IMG/VR virus record: IMGVR_UViG_3300048861_000143
Coordinates: 89,078 to 149,800 of that record
DNA length: 60,723 nt
Source of the DNA: a virus
Direction: 5' to 3' (one strand)
The translations under genes and the position numbers were made by a program. Position 1 is the first letter of the stretch; every line of letters starts with the position of its first letter. Below the pieces are notes generated by a model. The model was not told the DNA's origin, searched no databases, and saw only the letters and a program-made list of their open reading frames with translations. Positions 7,946-18,093 of the stretch are shown in pieces.

Positions 7946-9424
7946 TCACCAACCACGCTCACGGAAGCGGGTCGCTGGCCCATCGAATCGCATGTATCGA
8001 TGCAGCGGCGCCTCGCCGCGGCGCACCTTGGGGATGATCAGCTCCGCCTGGTCGGCGAGCTCGTTGAACTTGGCCTGCCACTCAGCAAGCCGCGCCTGAA
8101 ACCCAGGCTCAGTCTCTCCGCTGTCGAGGTCCTTCACCGGCCGCTTCTGTTCGAAGTAGCGGACCTCTCGGTAGGGGAAGACGATCGCATCCGCAGCGTC
8201 CTCGATCTCGCCGCTCTCCCGCAGGTCGCGCATGGTCGGGCGATGATCGGGGCGGTCATCGACCTGACGACCTAGCTGCGACAGCAGCATGACGGTGGTC
8301 TCTCGGTCGCCGGCGAGATCCTTCATGGCGTAGGCGTTTGCGCCGACTGCCAGCCTCTTCTCCTTCACCCCCACCGGGTCGGGCATGAGCTGCAGGTAAT
8401 CGACAACCACGAGGCCAAGCTTTCGCCGCAGCTTCTGCTCCAGGCGTCGGCAATCGCGCGCGATGCTCTGCCAAGTCTGCCTGGGCTTCTGAATGACGTA
8501 GAGCTGCGCCTGTTCGAGCCGGCGCTGCGCCCGCTTGATCCGATCAGCCTCTTCGACGGTGTACGTTCCGCCCAGCAGAACCTTGACGGGCACTCGAGCT
8601 AGCGATGCAACGGCGGCTGCGCCCGCGTCTATCTTGTGCTCCTCGAGAGAGAAGTAGGCGACTGGCCGAGCAAGGTCGGGCTCGTCGTAGAACTGGCCCT
8701 GTGTGGTTTCGCCCTGCCCGCAGGAGACGTTGAGGGCGACCGTCCTTCCAAGCGAGGTCTTTCCCATGCTCGGCCGGCCGCCACACACGATGAGATGCGC
8801 GGGGCGGAGGCCGAGGATAGCGCTGTCCAGCGACGGGAGGCCCGTGGACGTTCCGGTTGCCCCGGGGTTCTCTCGAGCAAACTCCCCCTCTTCTAGGGCA
8901 AGCCGGACGCATTCACCGATCGTCACTGGCCCGTCCTGGGATGACCCCACGCCGGCCGTGATGGCAAAGAGCTTCTGCTCGGCCTCCTCCAGGAGCGCCG
9001 ACGCATTCACATCGGGCGAAGCCTCAAAGGCCTTGGCCGCGGTATCGGACCCGAAATCGATCAACTGGCGGCGCAGCCATGCCTCATAGACGGCACGCCC
9101 GTACTCTCCCGTGGTGATGATGCTGACCATCGCCGACAGGAGAGTTGCGATGTATGCCGGCCCTCCTACTTCGGCGAGTTGGCCGGACCCCTCGAACATC
9201 GTCTTGAGCGTGACAGCATCAACGAAGCCGCCGGCCTCGATCTTTTTCGAGATCGCTTCGTAGATCACACCATGGACGCGATCGGCGAAGTGCTCCGGCC
9301 GAAGAAAATCAGCAACGCGCTCGTACGCGCTGTTGTTCGAGAGGATCGCGCCAAGCAACGCTTGCTCGGCCTGTACGTTTGACGGCGGCAACCTGAACGA
9401 GAAATCGGTAAGCGCATCCGGCAT
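7946..9424 (-). CDS. dnaB: replicative DNA helicase
   Basis: PPSNVQAEQALLGAIL N-domain, Walker A GRPSMGKT, FSLE, VVDYLQL, LSQLGR, DLRESGEIEDAAD. Confidence 0.93.
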   Translation of the reverse strand: MPDALTDFSFRLPPSNVQAEQALLGAILSNNSAYERVADFLRPEHFADRVHGVIYEAISKKIEAGGFVDAVTLKTMFEGSGQLAEVGGPAYIATLLSAMVSIITTGEYGRAVYEAWLRRQLIDFGSDTAAKAFEASPDVNASALLEEAEQKLFAITAGVGSSQDGPVTIGECVRLALEEGEFARENPGATGTSTGLPSLDSAILGLRPAHLIVCGGRPSMGKTSLGRTVALNVSCGQGETTQGQFYDEPDLARPVAYFSLEEHKIDAGAAAVASLARVPVKVLLGGTYTVEEADRIKRAQRRLEQAQLYVIQKPRQTWQSIARDCRRLEQKLRRKLGLVVVDYLQLMPDPVGVKEKRLAVGANAYAMKDLAGDRETTVMLLSQLGRQVDDRPDHRPTMRDLRESGEIEDAADAIVFPYREVRYFEQKRPVKDLDSGETEPGFQARLAEWQAKFNELADQAELIIPKVRRGEAPLHRYMRFDGPATRFRERGW

Positions 9425-9508
9425 GATTTTAGTTTCCTCCGCCTAGAAAGGCGCGCCAGCCGAGGCTGTGCTCGGGGCTGGAAGTTTCTGGATGTCGTTG
9501 GCCATACC

Positions 9509-10066
9509 TCACTCCCACCCGGGAATGAGTCGCCCGACTTGGCGGGTGATGGTTGCAATCGCTTTCTGATCGATGAGCTTGACCACCACATCGGGGTGAT
9601 ACTTCGCCATGCGCCGCAGCTTGGTTTTGCTGCGAGCGTCCATGTATCCCTTCACTTCGTGGTACTCGAACGAGCCAGAGAGAAGCTCGACGTCGAAGTC
9701 GATCAGATAGCTTCGGACACCACGCCTGATCTGCTCGAACCAGAACGTGGTCTTCTCGTGCGCCCAGGAGCGGATCAGTTGTCGATCCTGCTGCCACTGG
9801 AGGAACCGAGCGTAGTTCGCCTCGGCCTTCGACCGGGCAAAGATCCTGGTTCCGCCGATCTCACGCCATCCCGCACGCCAAGTGCCGATCATTGGATTCA
9901 CGACACCGCGGGGAGAGCCTGCGGACCGCGCGGAATGCTTGACCTCAGCCGACAGAGCGACGAAATCTGCGGCGGACATCCGGTCCTGCTTAGTGGCTTC
10001 CTGGATGGCGGCCTCGGTGCGAACGGGGCCGCCGCCCACCCGAATCTCAGTTGCTCGTCGTGACAC
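9509..10066 (-). CDS. DUF1064-like PD-(D/E)xK nuclease
   Basis: FARSKAEANYA...SYLIDF...YHEVKG motif. Confidence 0.7.
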   Translation of the reverse strand: MSRRATEIRVGGGPVRTEAAIQEATKQDRMSAADFVALSAEVKHSARSAGSPRGVVNPMIGTWRAGWREIGGTRIFARSKAEANYARFLQWQQDRQLIRSWAHEKTTFWFEQIRRGVRSYLIDFDVELLSGSFEYHEVKGYMDARSKTKLRRMAKYHPDVVVKLIDQKAIATITRQVGRLIPGWE

Positions 10067-10243
10067 TACCTACCTCCCGCGAGGTATTGGGGTAGACCGC
10101 GCTGAATTTTATACTTGCCGATTCGTCGTTCGTTACCATACAAGGCAGACGAGCGAGTAATTCGTTAATATGAGCGCGCTCGATCGAAGCGCCAAAAAGG
10201 GGAATTTCAAGTGATCGCCCTGAGTCTCTGCTCGACGAGATCA

Positions 10244-10498
10244 TCAAGCCGCCTCCTGCATCTCAAATCGGACTGGGTGTCCGTTCTCTCTGCAGTGCCG
10301 CTGGATGGTCTCGATGGTGCGGAGGGTCAGTCGGCCCTCCTTGATCTTCTGGACGATGTGCCCGTCGTTGAGGACCATCTTGCCCCAGCGGGAGGGCGGG
10401 ATCTTGCGTTGAGCGCAAACCGCCTCAATCGCCGCCAGCAGCGCAACGCGGATCAGGCGGTCGGGATCGTCATCGGGATGGGAGCGGTGTTCAGCCAT
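10244..10498 (-). CDS. Cro-like repressor
   Basis: Short HTH (IPPSRWGKMVLNDGHIVQKIKEGR.TLRT); first gene of the leftward operon, divergent from the repressor. Confidence 0.7.
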   Translation of the reverse strand: MAEHRSHPDDDPDRLIRVALLAAIEAVCAQRKIPPSRWGKMVLNDGHIVQKIKEGRLTLRTIETIQRHCRENGHPVRFEMQEAA

Positions 10499-10505
10499 GC
10501 CCGCT

Positions 10506-10534
10506 CATTTAGTGGTAAAATTACCACCGCACAA
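10506..10534 (-). promoter_or_regulatory. PR-like promoter with operator in the spacer
   Basis: Minus strand TTGTGC-17bp-TAAATG. The spacer contains the palindrome GTGGTAAAATTACCAC (10512-10527). Confidence 0.65.
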
Positions 10535-10599
10535 GAGGGAATAATCAGATTGGCCTCAAAGCCGTGCTCCGTGGGAAAAAGTCGCGGCGGACCACTGTG

Positions 10600-11157
10600 A
10601 TGAGAGTCATGTCAGAGGCAGATGATCGGCACCCGCTTGCGGCTGAGGTTGAGCGGCGCATGGCGGCGGCAGGCTTCGAGAACAACATGCGCGGGCTATC
10701 GCGCGCAGCCGGCCTGGGGCCGACCTATGTCCGGGACCTTCTTACTCCTGGCCGGAAGAACAATCCCAAGCTCGGGGAGATCTACCGCCTTGCGGATGCG
10801 CTCGGCTGCACGGTGACGGAACTGATGTCTCCGATCCTGCGCAAGAAACCGCAGCGGACCCCACAGCAGCTGCGGGCCGCCCGCTTCCGGGCGGCACGTT
10901 GGGCAGTGTGGGGTGACGACGTCGGACTTGCCGCCAGGTGGCTCGAGATCGAGCCGGATCGGCTGAGAAGGATCGAGCGGGCAGAAGAGCCGCTGCCTGA
11001 CGACATACTCAGGAACTTCTGTCTCCTGACGTCGTGCCCTCTCGCATGGGTGGAGGCTGGCCAAATGGAGGGTATGCCGGACCGGATGTTGGCCCGTGCG
11101 GTTTATTCGGATCCGACTTTGGTCCCGGATCCCGATCAAGACCCAAATCCTGACTGA
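10600..11157 (+). CDS. CI-position repressor with two XRE HTH domains and no S24 peptidase
   Basis: HTH1 MRGLSRAAGLGPTYVRDLL...RLADALGCTVTELM; HTH2 LAARWLEIEPDRLRRIER...CPLAWVEAG. Confidence 0.7.
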   Translation: MRVMSEADDRHPLAAEVERRMAAAGFENNMRGLSRAAGLGPTYVRDLLTPGRKNNPKLGEIYRLADALGCTVTELMSPILRKKPQRTPQQLRAARFRAARWAVWGDDVGLAARWLEIEPDRLRRIERAEEPLPDDILRNFCLLTSCPLAWVEAGQMEGMPDRMLARAVYSDPTLVPDPDQDPNPD

Positions 11158-11545
11158 ACGCTGCAGGCACTCGTTTGCGCATATACCTTACCTTTGACGG
11201 CCTCTTGGCATTTCGAGAACGGCGCCGTGACGGAACAGCGCGGGAACAGTCATACGAATGTAGCGCCGTGGTCGGTAACGTGAAAAAATTTGCAAGCCCA
11301 ACCAATTGACCGTTCCGGATATCCTACGACCGTCTGTGAAAATGGCAGCCTAACTGACTCTGGTGTCGATATCATCGTACGAATCACAGACTGGCGAGAT
11401 CTCGTAGTTACAATAGCCTGCTGTCGCGCAAACTTTTGAGATCCGAAGAAGCGCGCCCGGATTAACGATTTTATCACGGGCCATTGACTGGTGCCGCGGC
11501 CGCCACCATTGCGGTCGGGCAACTCTGTCATCTTGATCCTGATGT

Positions 11546-11899
11546 TCACATCGGCGTGTTGGGCGTGCCCGGTGGGGAGCGTTGTGGGTGTTCGCTCAGG
11601 ATGCTCCGCACCTCTTCTACGAGGCTGGTGAGATTCTCATCGTAGAACGCGACCAGCTTTTTCGTGGGATATACGAGAGTGCGCCGTGCCCCATTGGGGG
11701 CGGGCTTTAGTACGACGAGCCCGTAGGTTGCGAGCAGTTCCAATTCGGACCGGCAGGTCGGGAACGTTCTCCCGAGCCAGGCCGTCTCGCGGTGAAGCTC
11801 TGATACGGACAGCACCCTGCCTTCAATGAGCGCGATCATGCATCGTCGCACCAGCGCGGCTCGCTGCAGGCTGGGTTTGTGCTGACGCCCTCCGCCCAA
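11546..11899 (-). CDS. winged-HTH (MarR-like) protein
   Basis: LSVSEL...ELELLATYGLVVLKPAPNGARRTLVYPT wing motif; start uncertain. Confidence 0.5.
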   Translation of the reverse strand: MGGGRQHKPSLQRAALVRRCMIALIEGRVLSVSELHRETAWLGRTFPTCRSELELLATYGLVVLKPAPNGARRTLVYPTKKLVAFYDENLTSLVEEVRSILSEHPQRSPPGTPNTPM

Positions 11900-12064
11900 G
11901 AGGACCCCTAGGCGCCGATTCCATGCCTGTGCAATCGGCGTCCAGATCGCGAGAGCCTCAATCAGAGAGGCGGGGATATCGGCCTGAGTGGCTTCAACGG
12001 TCAGACTCAGTTGCTTTGCTCCCTTTCAGACGTGCCGGGCGGAAGGCTTCCGGCGTAATATCAA

Positions 12065-12116
12065 TTGGGGTTTTTACCATCACGTCATTGACTGATGGTA
12101 TTTTTACCACTATATC
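12065..12116 (+). promoter_or_regulatory. PL-like promoter with two operators
   Basis: TTGACT(12088)-17bp-TATATC(12111). Operator ATGGTATTTTTACCAC (12095-12110) lies in the spacer; a degenerate copy TTGGGGTTTTTACCAT is at 12065-12080. Confidence 0.7.
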
Positions 12117-12158
12117 AGGTGGCAGACATCTTCAACAGTAAAGCAGGCAGAGAAGCGT

Positions 12159-12383
12159 ATGACCTGGACGATTAGGGCCAAAATGGTCTCGGCAGCTGCG
12201 GCGGGCTTGTTCGCCTTGGGGATGATCTCGGCCCTGACAGCCGCCGCTTTCCTGGATGGAAATGCGAGAGTCGCCTTCCTGGTGATCGCTGTCGCTGAAG
12301 GGCTCGCGGTCCCGCTGCTGTGTTGTGACGACGGTACGGGACCCGAGCCGCATCAAGTGATGCCGCGGCAGGCGCTTCGTTAG
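12159..12383 (+). CDS. small membrane protein
   Basis: Two hydrophobic segments; first ORF after the PL-like promoter. Confidence 0.5.
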   Translation: MTWTIRAKMVSAAAAGLFALGMISALTAAAFLDGNARVAFLVIAVAEGLAVPLLCCDDGTGPEPHQVMPRQALR

Positions 12384-12567
12384 TCTTGGACGAAATGCAA
12401 ACCGCATCAGTCTGGTCCAACGATTAGCCAGGCTGGAGAGTGTCGCGCGGTAGCGCGGGGTGGCCAACCATAAAATTCCGCCCGAACGATTACCCATGAA
12501 TCAATACTGCGAAAACTGGATCTGTCGCGTTACTTGCGACTGCGTTCGCAATCAGCACGGAGGTTGA

Positions 12568-13545
12568 ATGCCAATTTTGCCCATGCCGGCCACCCGCGAG
12601 GAGTGGCTGGAGATGCGCAGGAATTACGTAGGGGCTAGTGAATCCGCCGCTTTGCTTGGAATGGGCGCGGGTTTCTCCAAGTCGCCGCTGTCACTCTATC
12701 TCATCAAGCGCGGCGAGCTGGTCCCGCAGGACGAGGACAACGAGCGGATCAGAGAGGGCGTCAGGCGAGAGAACGAGGTTGCGCTGTCCTCGAGCGCCCT
12801 GGCCGGACGAAAGCTGCTGCCGGCTGTGTACGCCGTGCACGATCGGGTGCACGGCATGGCGGCCAGCCTCGACAGGGTGGTGCTCCCAAGCGAGGCGGAC
12901 ATCGAGCAGGGTCGGATTGGCCCGGGCGCCCTCGAGTGCAAGATCGTCTACAGCGATGCATACCGCCGCGATTGGCGGGATGGGCCTCCGGCCTACTATC
13001 TGATCCAGAACCAGCACCAGATGGCTTGCTCTGGATACCTCTGGGGCGAGATCGCCGCGATCGTCGTGAACCCGAAGACCGGCCAGGACGAGGGGGTGCC
13101 GAGGTTCACATACGCCGCGCACCCTGAGCTCATCGGGCGCATTGAGGAGGCGGTGGCAGAGTTCTGGGACCGGGTGCGCCTGGGCATCCCACCCGACCCG
13201 GACGGCCACAAGAGCACTCGAGATGCTCTGCGCGCGATGTTCCCCGCCCCGCAGGACGAGGAAGTCGACCTTCAGTTCAGCAACTCCCTGCCCATGTTGG
13301 CGCGCCGATATGCGCGGATGACGGCGCTCGAGGCGAGGCTGAAGAAGAGCAAGCAGCAGATCAGCAATGACTTTCGTGCGGCGATGGGGACGGCCAAGCG
13401 CGCTCGCCTCGCCGGGAAGATCACGATCACCAGGACCGTCTCCGAGGACACGCCAGACCGCCCTGCCCTCCCCGGAGAAATCATCAAGGGCCGCAAGGGC
13501 TCTGACCAGATCCGAGTGAATGTTCCGAAGGATTCGACCCGATGA
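12568..13545 (+). CDS. YqaJ-family (lambda-exonuclease-like) recombination nuclease
   Basis: EEWLEMRRNYVGASESAA, ASLDR, LECK, YYLIQNQHQM. Confidence 0.9.
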   Translation: MPILPMPATREEWLEMRRNYVGASESAALLGMGAGFSKSPLSLYLIKRGELVPQDEDNERIREGVRRENEVALSSSALAGRKLLPAVYAVHDRVHGMAASLDRVVLPSEADIEQGRIGPGALECKIVYSDAYRRDWRDGPPAYYLIQNQHQMACSGYLWGEIAAIVVNPKTGQDEGVPRFTYAAHPELIGRIEEAVAEFWDRVRLGIPPDPDGHKSTRDALRAMFPAPQDEEVDLQFSNSLPMLARRYARMTALEARLKKSKQQISNDFRAAMGTAKRARLAGKITITRTVSEDTPDRPALPGEIIKGRKGSDQIRVNVPKDSTR

Positions 13546-14606
13546 GCGATACGCTAGAACCGCCTGCCCACCTGGATAACATCCCGCCCCCGGAGGCCAC
13601 GGAGCAGGCACCGAAGCGACCGGCATTCGCGCCCGCTTCCCAGTCTGAATCTGGCTGGTCGACCCCGGTTCGGCCGCCGCGTTACCTGGAGGAGCAGGGG
13701 GAGCATACACCCGAGCTCAACAAGGCTGTGGCCGATGTGCTCGCTGAGATGAAGTGGGTGGAAAAGCGCGGACACAACAAGTTCTTCAACTATGACTACG
13801 CGACCGCTGACGACATCAGGGAGCATGTAGCCCGCCTCCTCGGCGGGCACGGCCTTTCATACGTGCAGCATGAGGACGAGATCCAGCCGAGCGGCCCGCT
13901 TCTGAGGGTCACCTACTGGTTCCAGGTTGTGCACCAGAGTGGCCAAAAGGGGCCCTTCGAACGCGTGACGGTCTTGACCAACGCGATATCCGAGCGCGGC
14001 AAGGCAGACGACAAGGCTCTATCCAAGGCCCGGGTTCTGGCGCTGAAGGATTGGACCAAGAATAGGTTCTCGATCCCGGCCGGCGATGATCCGTCAACCG
14101 ATCCCGACTTCGACGGCAATGTCAGTAGCGACCAGCCACAAGGCCGGCAACAGCCGTCCGGCCAGCAACAGGCGTCCGGCCAACAGCGATCGGACCGCCA
14201 GCAAGGCAACAAGCTCGACCAGATTGCGAGTGCCGCCACAAGGGGTGCCGGCTCCCAGTCTCAGCAGAAGCCGCCTCTGCCAACCGCCGAGCAGATCGCC
14301 AACGCGGAGTCGCTCCGCCGCAGGATCGTGCAGAGGGTGGACGAGCTGCCCGATCCTGCGGCTGTCGCCGAATTTCTGTCCAGCCAGGAGGTGGACCGCG
14401 AAATCGTCGCGCTCCGAAAGTTCATGCGCGAAACGGTGTATCGGGGTCTGGTCGAGGATCTCGCCTCACCGGAGCGCATCGGGAAAACGATGCCGTTCCT
14501 GGCGCCGCATAACCCGCCGCTGCACGGCGACATCGCCGAGCAGATGGCGCGCCAAAACCGGGACAAGAAGGCCGGCCCCACAGATCAGGTCCGGGGCGCG
14601 CGTTGA
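13542..14606 (+). CDS. ERF-family single-strand annealing protein
   Basis: KRGHNKFFNYDYATADDI...DKALSKARVLALK...FSIPAGDDP..DPD; follows the exonuclease. Confidence 0.8.
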   Translation: MSDTLEPPAHLDNIPPPEATEQAPKRPAFAPASQSESGWSTPVRPPRYLEEQGEHTPELNKAVADVLAEMKWVEKRGHNKFFNYDYATADDIREHVARLLGGHGLSYVQHEDEIQPSGPLLRVTYWFQVVHQSGQKGPFERVTVLTNAISERGKADDKALSKARVLALKDWTKNRFSIPAGDDPSTDPDFDGNVSSDQPQGRQQPSGQQQASGQQRSDRQQGNKLDQIASAATRGAGSQSQQKPPLPTAEQIANAESLRRRIVQRVDELPDPAAVAEFLSSQEVDREIVALRKFMRETVYRGLVEDLASPERIGKTMPFLAPHNPPLHGDIAEQMARQNRDKKAGPTDQVRGAR

Positions 14607-16564
14607 TGAATTCGATCAGCACAGGGATCATCAGCAGCGTTCGCACGATCTATCACGCGCACCTGTTCTGCGGATTGGGCGGCGGCGCCAAAGGGTTCAA
14701 CGGCGCCCAGCCACGGATGGGCAACCTGCTAGGCCGATTCGAGTGCCTAGGGGGTATCGACGTCGATCCGGGGGCTATCGCTGACTTCGAGCAGTTGGCC
14801 GGGGTGAAGGGCACTGTCCTCGATCTTTTCGACGAAGAGCAATACCGCGAGTTCTATGGGTGCAAGCCTCCGTCAGGGTGGAGGCCGGCGGGCCCGGCTG
14901 ACCTTCATCGTGCCTTCCAGAACAAGCGCCCGCACGTCGTATTTGCGTCTCCGCCGTGCAAAGGCCTGAGCGGGCTGCTTTCCGAAGCGAAGAGCAAGAC
15001 CACGAAATATCAGGCCCTGAACCGGCTCACGGTGCGCGGCGTATGGCTGATGCTGGAGGCCTACAAGGACGATCCAATTGAGCTGTTCCTACTCGAGAAC
15101 GTGCCGCGCATCGCGACGCGCGGTCGCCACCTGCTCGACCAAATCGTTCAGCTACTCGAGGCCTATGGGTATCGGGTAGCTGAAACAACCCATGACTGTG
15201 GTGAGATCGGCGGCTTGGCGCAGAGCCGGAAGCGGTTCCTTCTGATTGCGCGGCACATGGCGAAGATCCCGCCGCTCCTCTTCCAGCCGACCAAGCACCG
15301 GCTCCGCGGGGTCGGCGAGGTGCTTGGAGCGATGCCCTTCCCCGGAGATCCCGCCGCGGGCCCGATGCACCGCGTGCCCGCGCTGCAATGGCAGACCTGG
15401 GTTCGTCTCGCGTTCGTGGAGGCCGGTTCGGACTGGCGCTCCCTGAACAAGCTCGCGGTCGAGAATGGGCATCTCCGCGATTACCTGATCGTCCCCGAGA
15501 TGCGTGGCGGGGGGCTCGGGGTGAAGCGTTGGGAGGATGCCGCCGGCACCGTAGCTGGGAAGAGCCTTCCGACGAATGGCACGTTCAGTGTTGCCGACCC
15601 GAGGTTCGCTGCCTCGGATCGGTGGAAGGACGGTCAGCAGTACGGCGTCACCCGTTGGGATCAAACCTCGCACACGATCGCCGGACAGCAGGCTCCAGGA
15701 CAGGGGCGATACGCGGTTGCCGACCCGCGCCACACGGGGCCGGCCAAGCACAACAACTGCTTCAGGATCGTGCCTTGGGGCGAGGCATCCCCGGCGGTGA
15801 CTGCCGGGACCGGTCCGACCGCCGGTGGGCTCGCTGTCGCTGATCCGCGGCCGAAGAACAACCGTCAGTTCGAGAACATCTATCGGGTGCAGGGATGGGA
15901 CCAGCATTCGCGGACGGTGATTGGTCGAGCTCAGCCGTCAGACGGCGGTCTATGCGTGGCTGACCCCCGCGCCACCAGTTCGTATGGTGGCAAGGGCAAA
16001 TACCCGGTCTCCGGATGGGACGATCCGGCAGGCACGGTCATCAGCTCCAGCACGACGGGACACGGCGCCTTCGCCGTCGCAGATCCCAGGCCGGCCGGGC
16101 TGAGCCGCGAGAAAGGGGATGCCTACCTCACGGCCGGCCACTACGGGGTCGTTGGCTGGAACGAGCCGAGCGGCGCGGTCTCGGCGGCGGCCTGCCATGA
16201 CAACGGGCGCTGGGCAGTGGCAGACCCCAGGCTCCCTGCCACCACGGACCGTCTGGTGTGCGTCATCGAGGCGCTGGATGGCACGTGGCACCGGCCGTTC
16301 ACCACCCTGGAGCTAGCGGCCCTGCAGAGCCTCGTAAGCCCCGGGGAGACGTTGCAGCTGGCTGGCTCATCAGACCAGGACTGGCGGGAGCGCATCGGCA
16401 ACGCAGTCCCCGCTGACGCAGCCCGGGGCATCGCTGAGACGATCGGGGAGACACTCCTCGCCGCATGGTCGGGCGAAACCTTCCTGCTATCGAGCCGCCC
16501 CGTGTGGGTGCAGCCAGTTGCGATCGCACTCTCGGTTGCCTCACCAGAAGAGCGGCAGTGGTGA
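14606..16564 (+). CDS. DNA (cytosine-5) methyltransferase with six internal VADPR repeats
   Basis: Motif I FCGLGG, IV SPPCKG, VI ENV, VIII QSRKR, IX/X ELAALQS...IGNAVP. Confidence 0.9.
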   Translation: MNSISTGIISSVRTIYHAHLFCGLGGGAKGFNGAQPRMGNLLGRFECLGGIDVDPGAIADFEQLAGVKGTVLDLFDEEQYREFYGCKPPSGWRPAGPADLHRAFQNKRPHVVFASPPCKGLSGLLSEAKSKTTKYQALNRLTVRGVWLMLEAYKDDPIELFLLENVPRIATRGRHLLDQIVQLLEAYGYRVAETTHDCGEIGGLAQSRKRFLLIARHMAKIPPLLFQPTKHRLRGVGEVLGAMPFPGDPAAGPMHRVPALQWQTWVRLAFVEAGSDWRSLNKLAVENGHLRDYLIVPEMRGGGLGVKRWEDAAGTVAGKSLPTNGTFSVADPRFAASDRWKDGQQYGVTRWDQTSHTIAGQQAPGQGRYAVADPRHTGPAKHNNCFRIVPWGEASPAVTAGTGPTAGGLAVADPRPKNNRQFENIYRVQGWDQHSRTVIGRAQPSDGGLCVADPRATSSYGGKGKYPVSGWDDPAGTVISSSTTGHGAFAVADPRPAGLSREKGDAYLTAGHYGVVGWNEPSGAVSAAACHDNGRWAVADPRLPATTDRLVCVIEALDGTWHRPFTTLELAALQSLVSPGETLQLAGSSDQDWRERIGNAVPADAARGIAETIGETLLAAWSGETFLLSSRPVWVQPVAIALSVASPEERQW

Positions 16565-16592
16565 TTACCGCTCTATAAGCAAAGGACCCAGA

Positions 16593-17042
16593 ATGGTGGA
16601 ACACAACATCCTCTCGGCCACGACCGCAATCGTGTCCAGCTACGCCTTGCACAGCCCGCCAACGCATAACCCGGCGGAGCTGATCGTGAGTGTGTATTCA
16701 GCGTTACTGAGATGCGAGACGGCTGCATCCCGCATCAGGACTGGAGGTGGTCGGCTGGATGATTTGCAGGACCTCGCTTCTCCTCAGCGCGTGGCGGAAC
16801 CGGCCGTCCCGATATCGGAGATGAGCACCAAAGAAGGGGTAGCCTGTCTCGTTTGTGGGCGCCGCCTGCAGATGCTGAAAAGGCACCTGCTCACGGAGCA
16901 CGACCTATCCCCGGACGAGTACCGTGCGCGGTACGGCCTCCCCTCCAACTCCCCCCTCACGTCGGAGGATTACTCGAGGGTCCGCTCGGATCTGGCGATC
17001 GCCTCTGGCCTGGGTCGCAAGCGGGGGAAGCGAGGGAGATAG
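16593..17042 (+). CDS. mucR: Ros/MucR family transcriptional regulator
   Basis: AIVSSY...LIVSVYSAL, PAVPI, CLVCG...LKRHL...H.LSPDEYRARYGLP..PL...YS..RS.LA...GLGRK. Confidence 0.88.
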   Translation: MVEHNILSATTAIVSSYALHSPPTHNPAELIVSVYSALLRCETAASRIRTGGGRLDDLQDLASPQRVAEPAVPISEMSTKEGVACLVCGRRLQMLKRHLLTEHDLSPDEYRARYGLPSNSPLTSEDYSRVRSDLAIASGLGRKRGKRGR

Positions 17043-17060
17043 AGCGAGCACGCAATCGTG

Positions 17061-17096
17061 AAGGGCCGCGCGGGACGAACCTGCGCGGCCTTCTTT
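17061..17096 (+). terminator. intrinsic terminator ending the PL-like operon
   Basis: GGCCGCGCGG...CTGCGCGGCC hairpin followed by TTCTTT. Confidence 0.6.
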
Positions 17097-17119
17097 ACGA
17101 GTGGCGGCAATCATCGAGG

Positions 17120-17338
17120 ATGAGCAGCCTAATGGACCGCCTCAAAGACCTGACCAGGGAGCCGCTCGTCGCAGCTGCCGCGTCCATATGTGAGAACAGC
17201 GAGCGTGGGATGCCGCCCTGCCCGATCTGCGTCGCGAGAGCTGGCTTGATCGCGGAGAAGATCCTGCTCCGCCTGCCAGCGGGTCGATACACGGGCTCCG
17301 AAATTGCACGCGCGGTACGGAACGCTTCACTCAGTTAA
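17120..17338 (+). CDS. hypothetical protein
   Basis: ORF with C...CPIC. Confidence 0.4.
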   Translation: MSSLMDRLKDLTREPLVAAAASICENSERGMPPCPICVARAGLIAEKILLRLPAGRYTGSEIARAVRNASLS

Positions 17339-17480
17339 CGAAGAATGGATTCCATACAGTGTGCCAACAAACGTCGGAAGAGTTGACGTTTATACCCATA
17401 AAATGTCACAGCTTTCACCCGAATCGGGGTGAGGTTGGAAGGGTGAAGGTTCGTTCCAAGCGGTTTCCTGGACGCGCTGC

Positions 17481-17975
17481 GTGACTAGGAAAGGACAGTC
17501 CGACGAGCCGGATGCCGCTGACGATGGCATGCCCCTTGAAGCCTCGAAAATCTTCGGAGCTAACCTGCGCGCCGCGCGCCTACGACTGGGACTAAGCCAG
17601 TCCGAGGTCGCCGACAAGGCGGGCATAGGGAAAACCTCAGAGTGGTACATTGAGAGCGGGAGGCGAAATCTCACGTTCAGAACCGCTGAGGATCTAGCTC
17701 GAGCGGTCGGATCGACCATGATTGGCCTACTTACCGGTCCGGCTATAGCCGACGAGGCGGCCGCGGCGAACTCGCACTCCGAGGCACCCTTAGCGATTCA
17801 GACATCTGGCCAGTTGCCCCTTAAAGAGGGGCGACTTGCGATGGAATTTCCGCCTGGCGCTGCCTTCGTGGCAGCGCAAGCGTCAGCCGCGTCACTGGGT
17901 CAGCAGGTCGCACTCTATGATCCCATCACACGGGTGATAGCCGGCGTGGCCTCCCCCATAAAAAGGAACGAGTGA
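17481..17975 (+). CDS. XRE-family regulator upstream of virB
   Basis: FGANLRAARLRLGLSQSEVADKAGIGKTSEWYIESGRRNLT...LARAVG. Confidence 0.85.
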   Translation: MTRKGQSDEPDAADDGMPLEASKIFGANLRAARLRLGLSQSEVADKAGIGKTSEWYIESGRRNLTFRTAEDLARAVGSTMIGLLTGPAIADEAAAANSHSEAPLAIQTSGQLPLKEGRLAMEFPPGAAFVAAQASAASLGQQVALYDPITRVIAGVASPIKRNE

Positions 17976-18014
17976 TCGTTCCAAGTATCCCGAAGCTGAT
18001 AAAATTTCCATCCG

Positions 18015-18059
18015 TATAGTGATATTCCGATTGCGTTGAGTTCACTATAAGGGCATTAT
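18015..18059 (+). promoter_or_regulatory. putative virB promoter/operator
   Basis: TTGCGT-17bp-CATTAT; inverted repeat TATAGTGA (18015) / TCACTATA (18042). Confidence 0.5.
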
Positions 18060-18093
18060 CTCCTCCGTGATCAGCGCGAGAGGAGATGATCTC

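Noticed and set aside
11160-11549. Possible rex-like immunity gene (11250..11549)
   Set aside because: Lower-GC stretch with no recognisable motifs; coding status cannot be supported.
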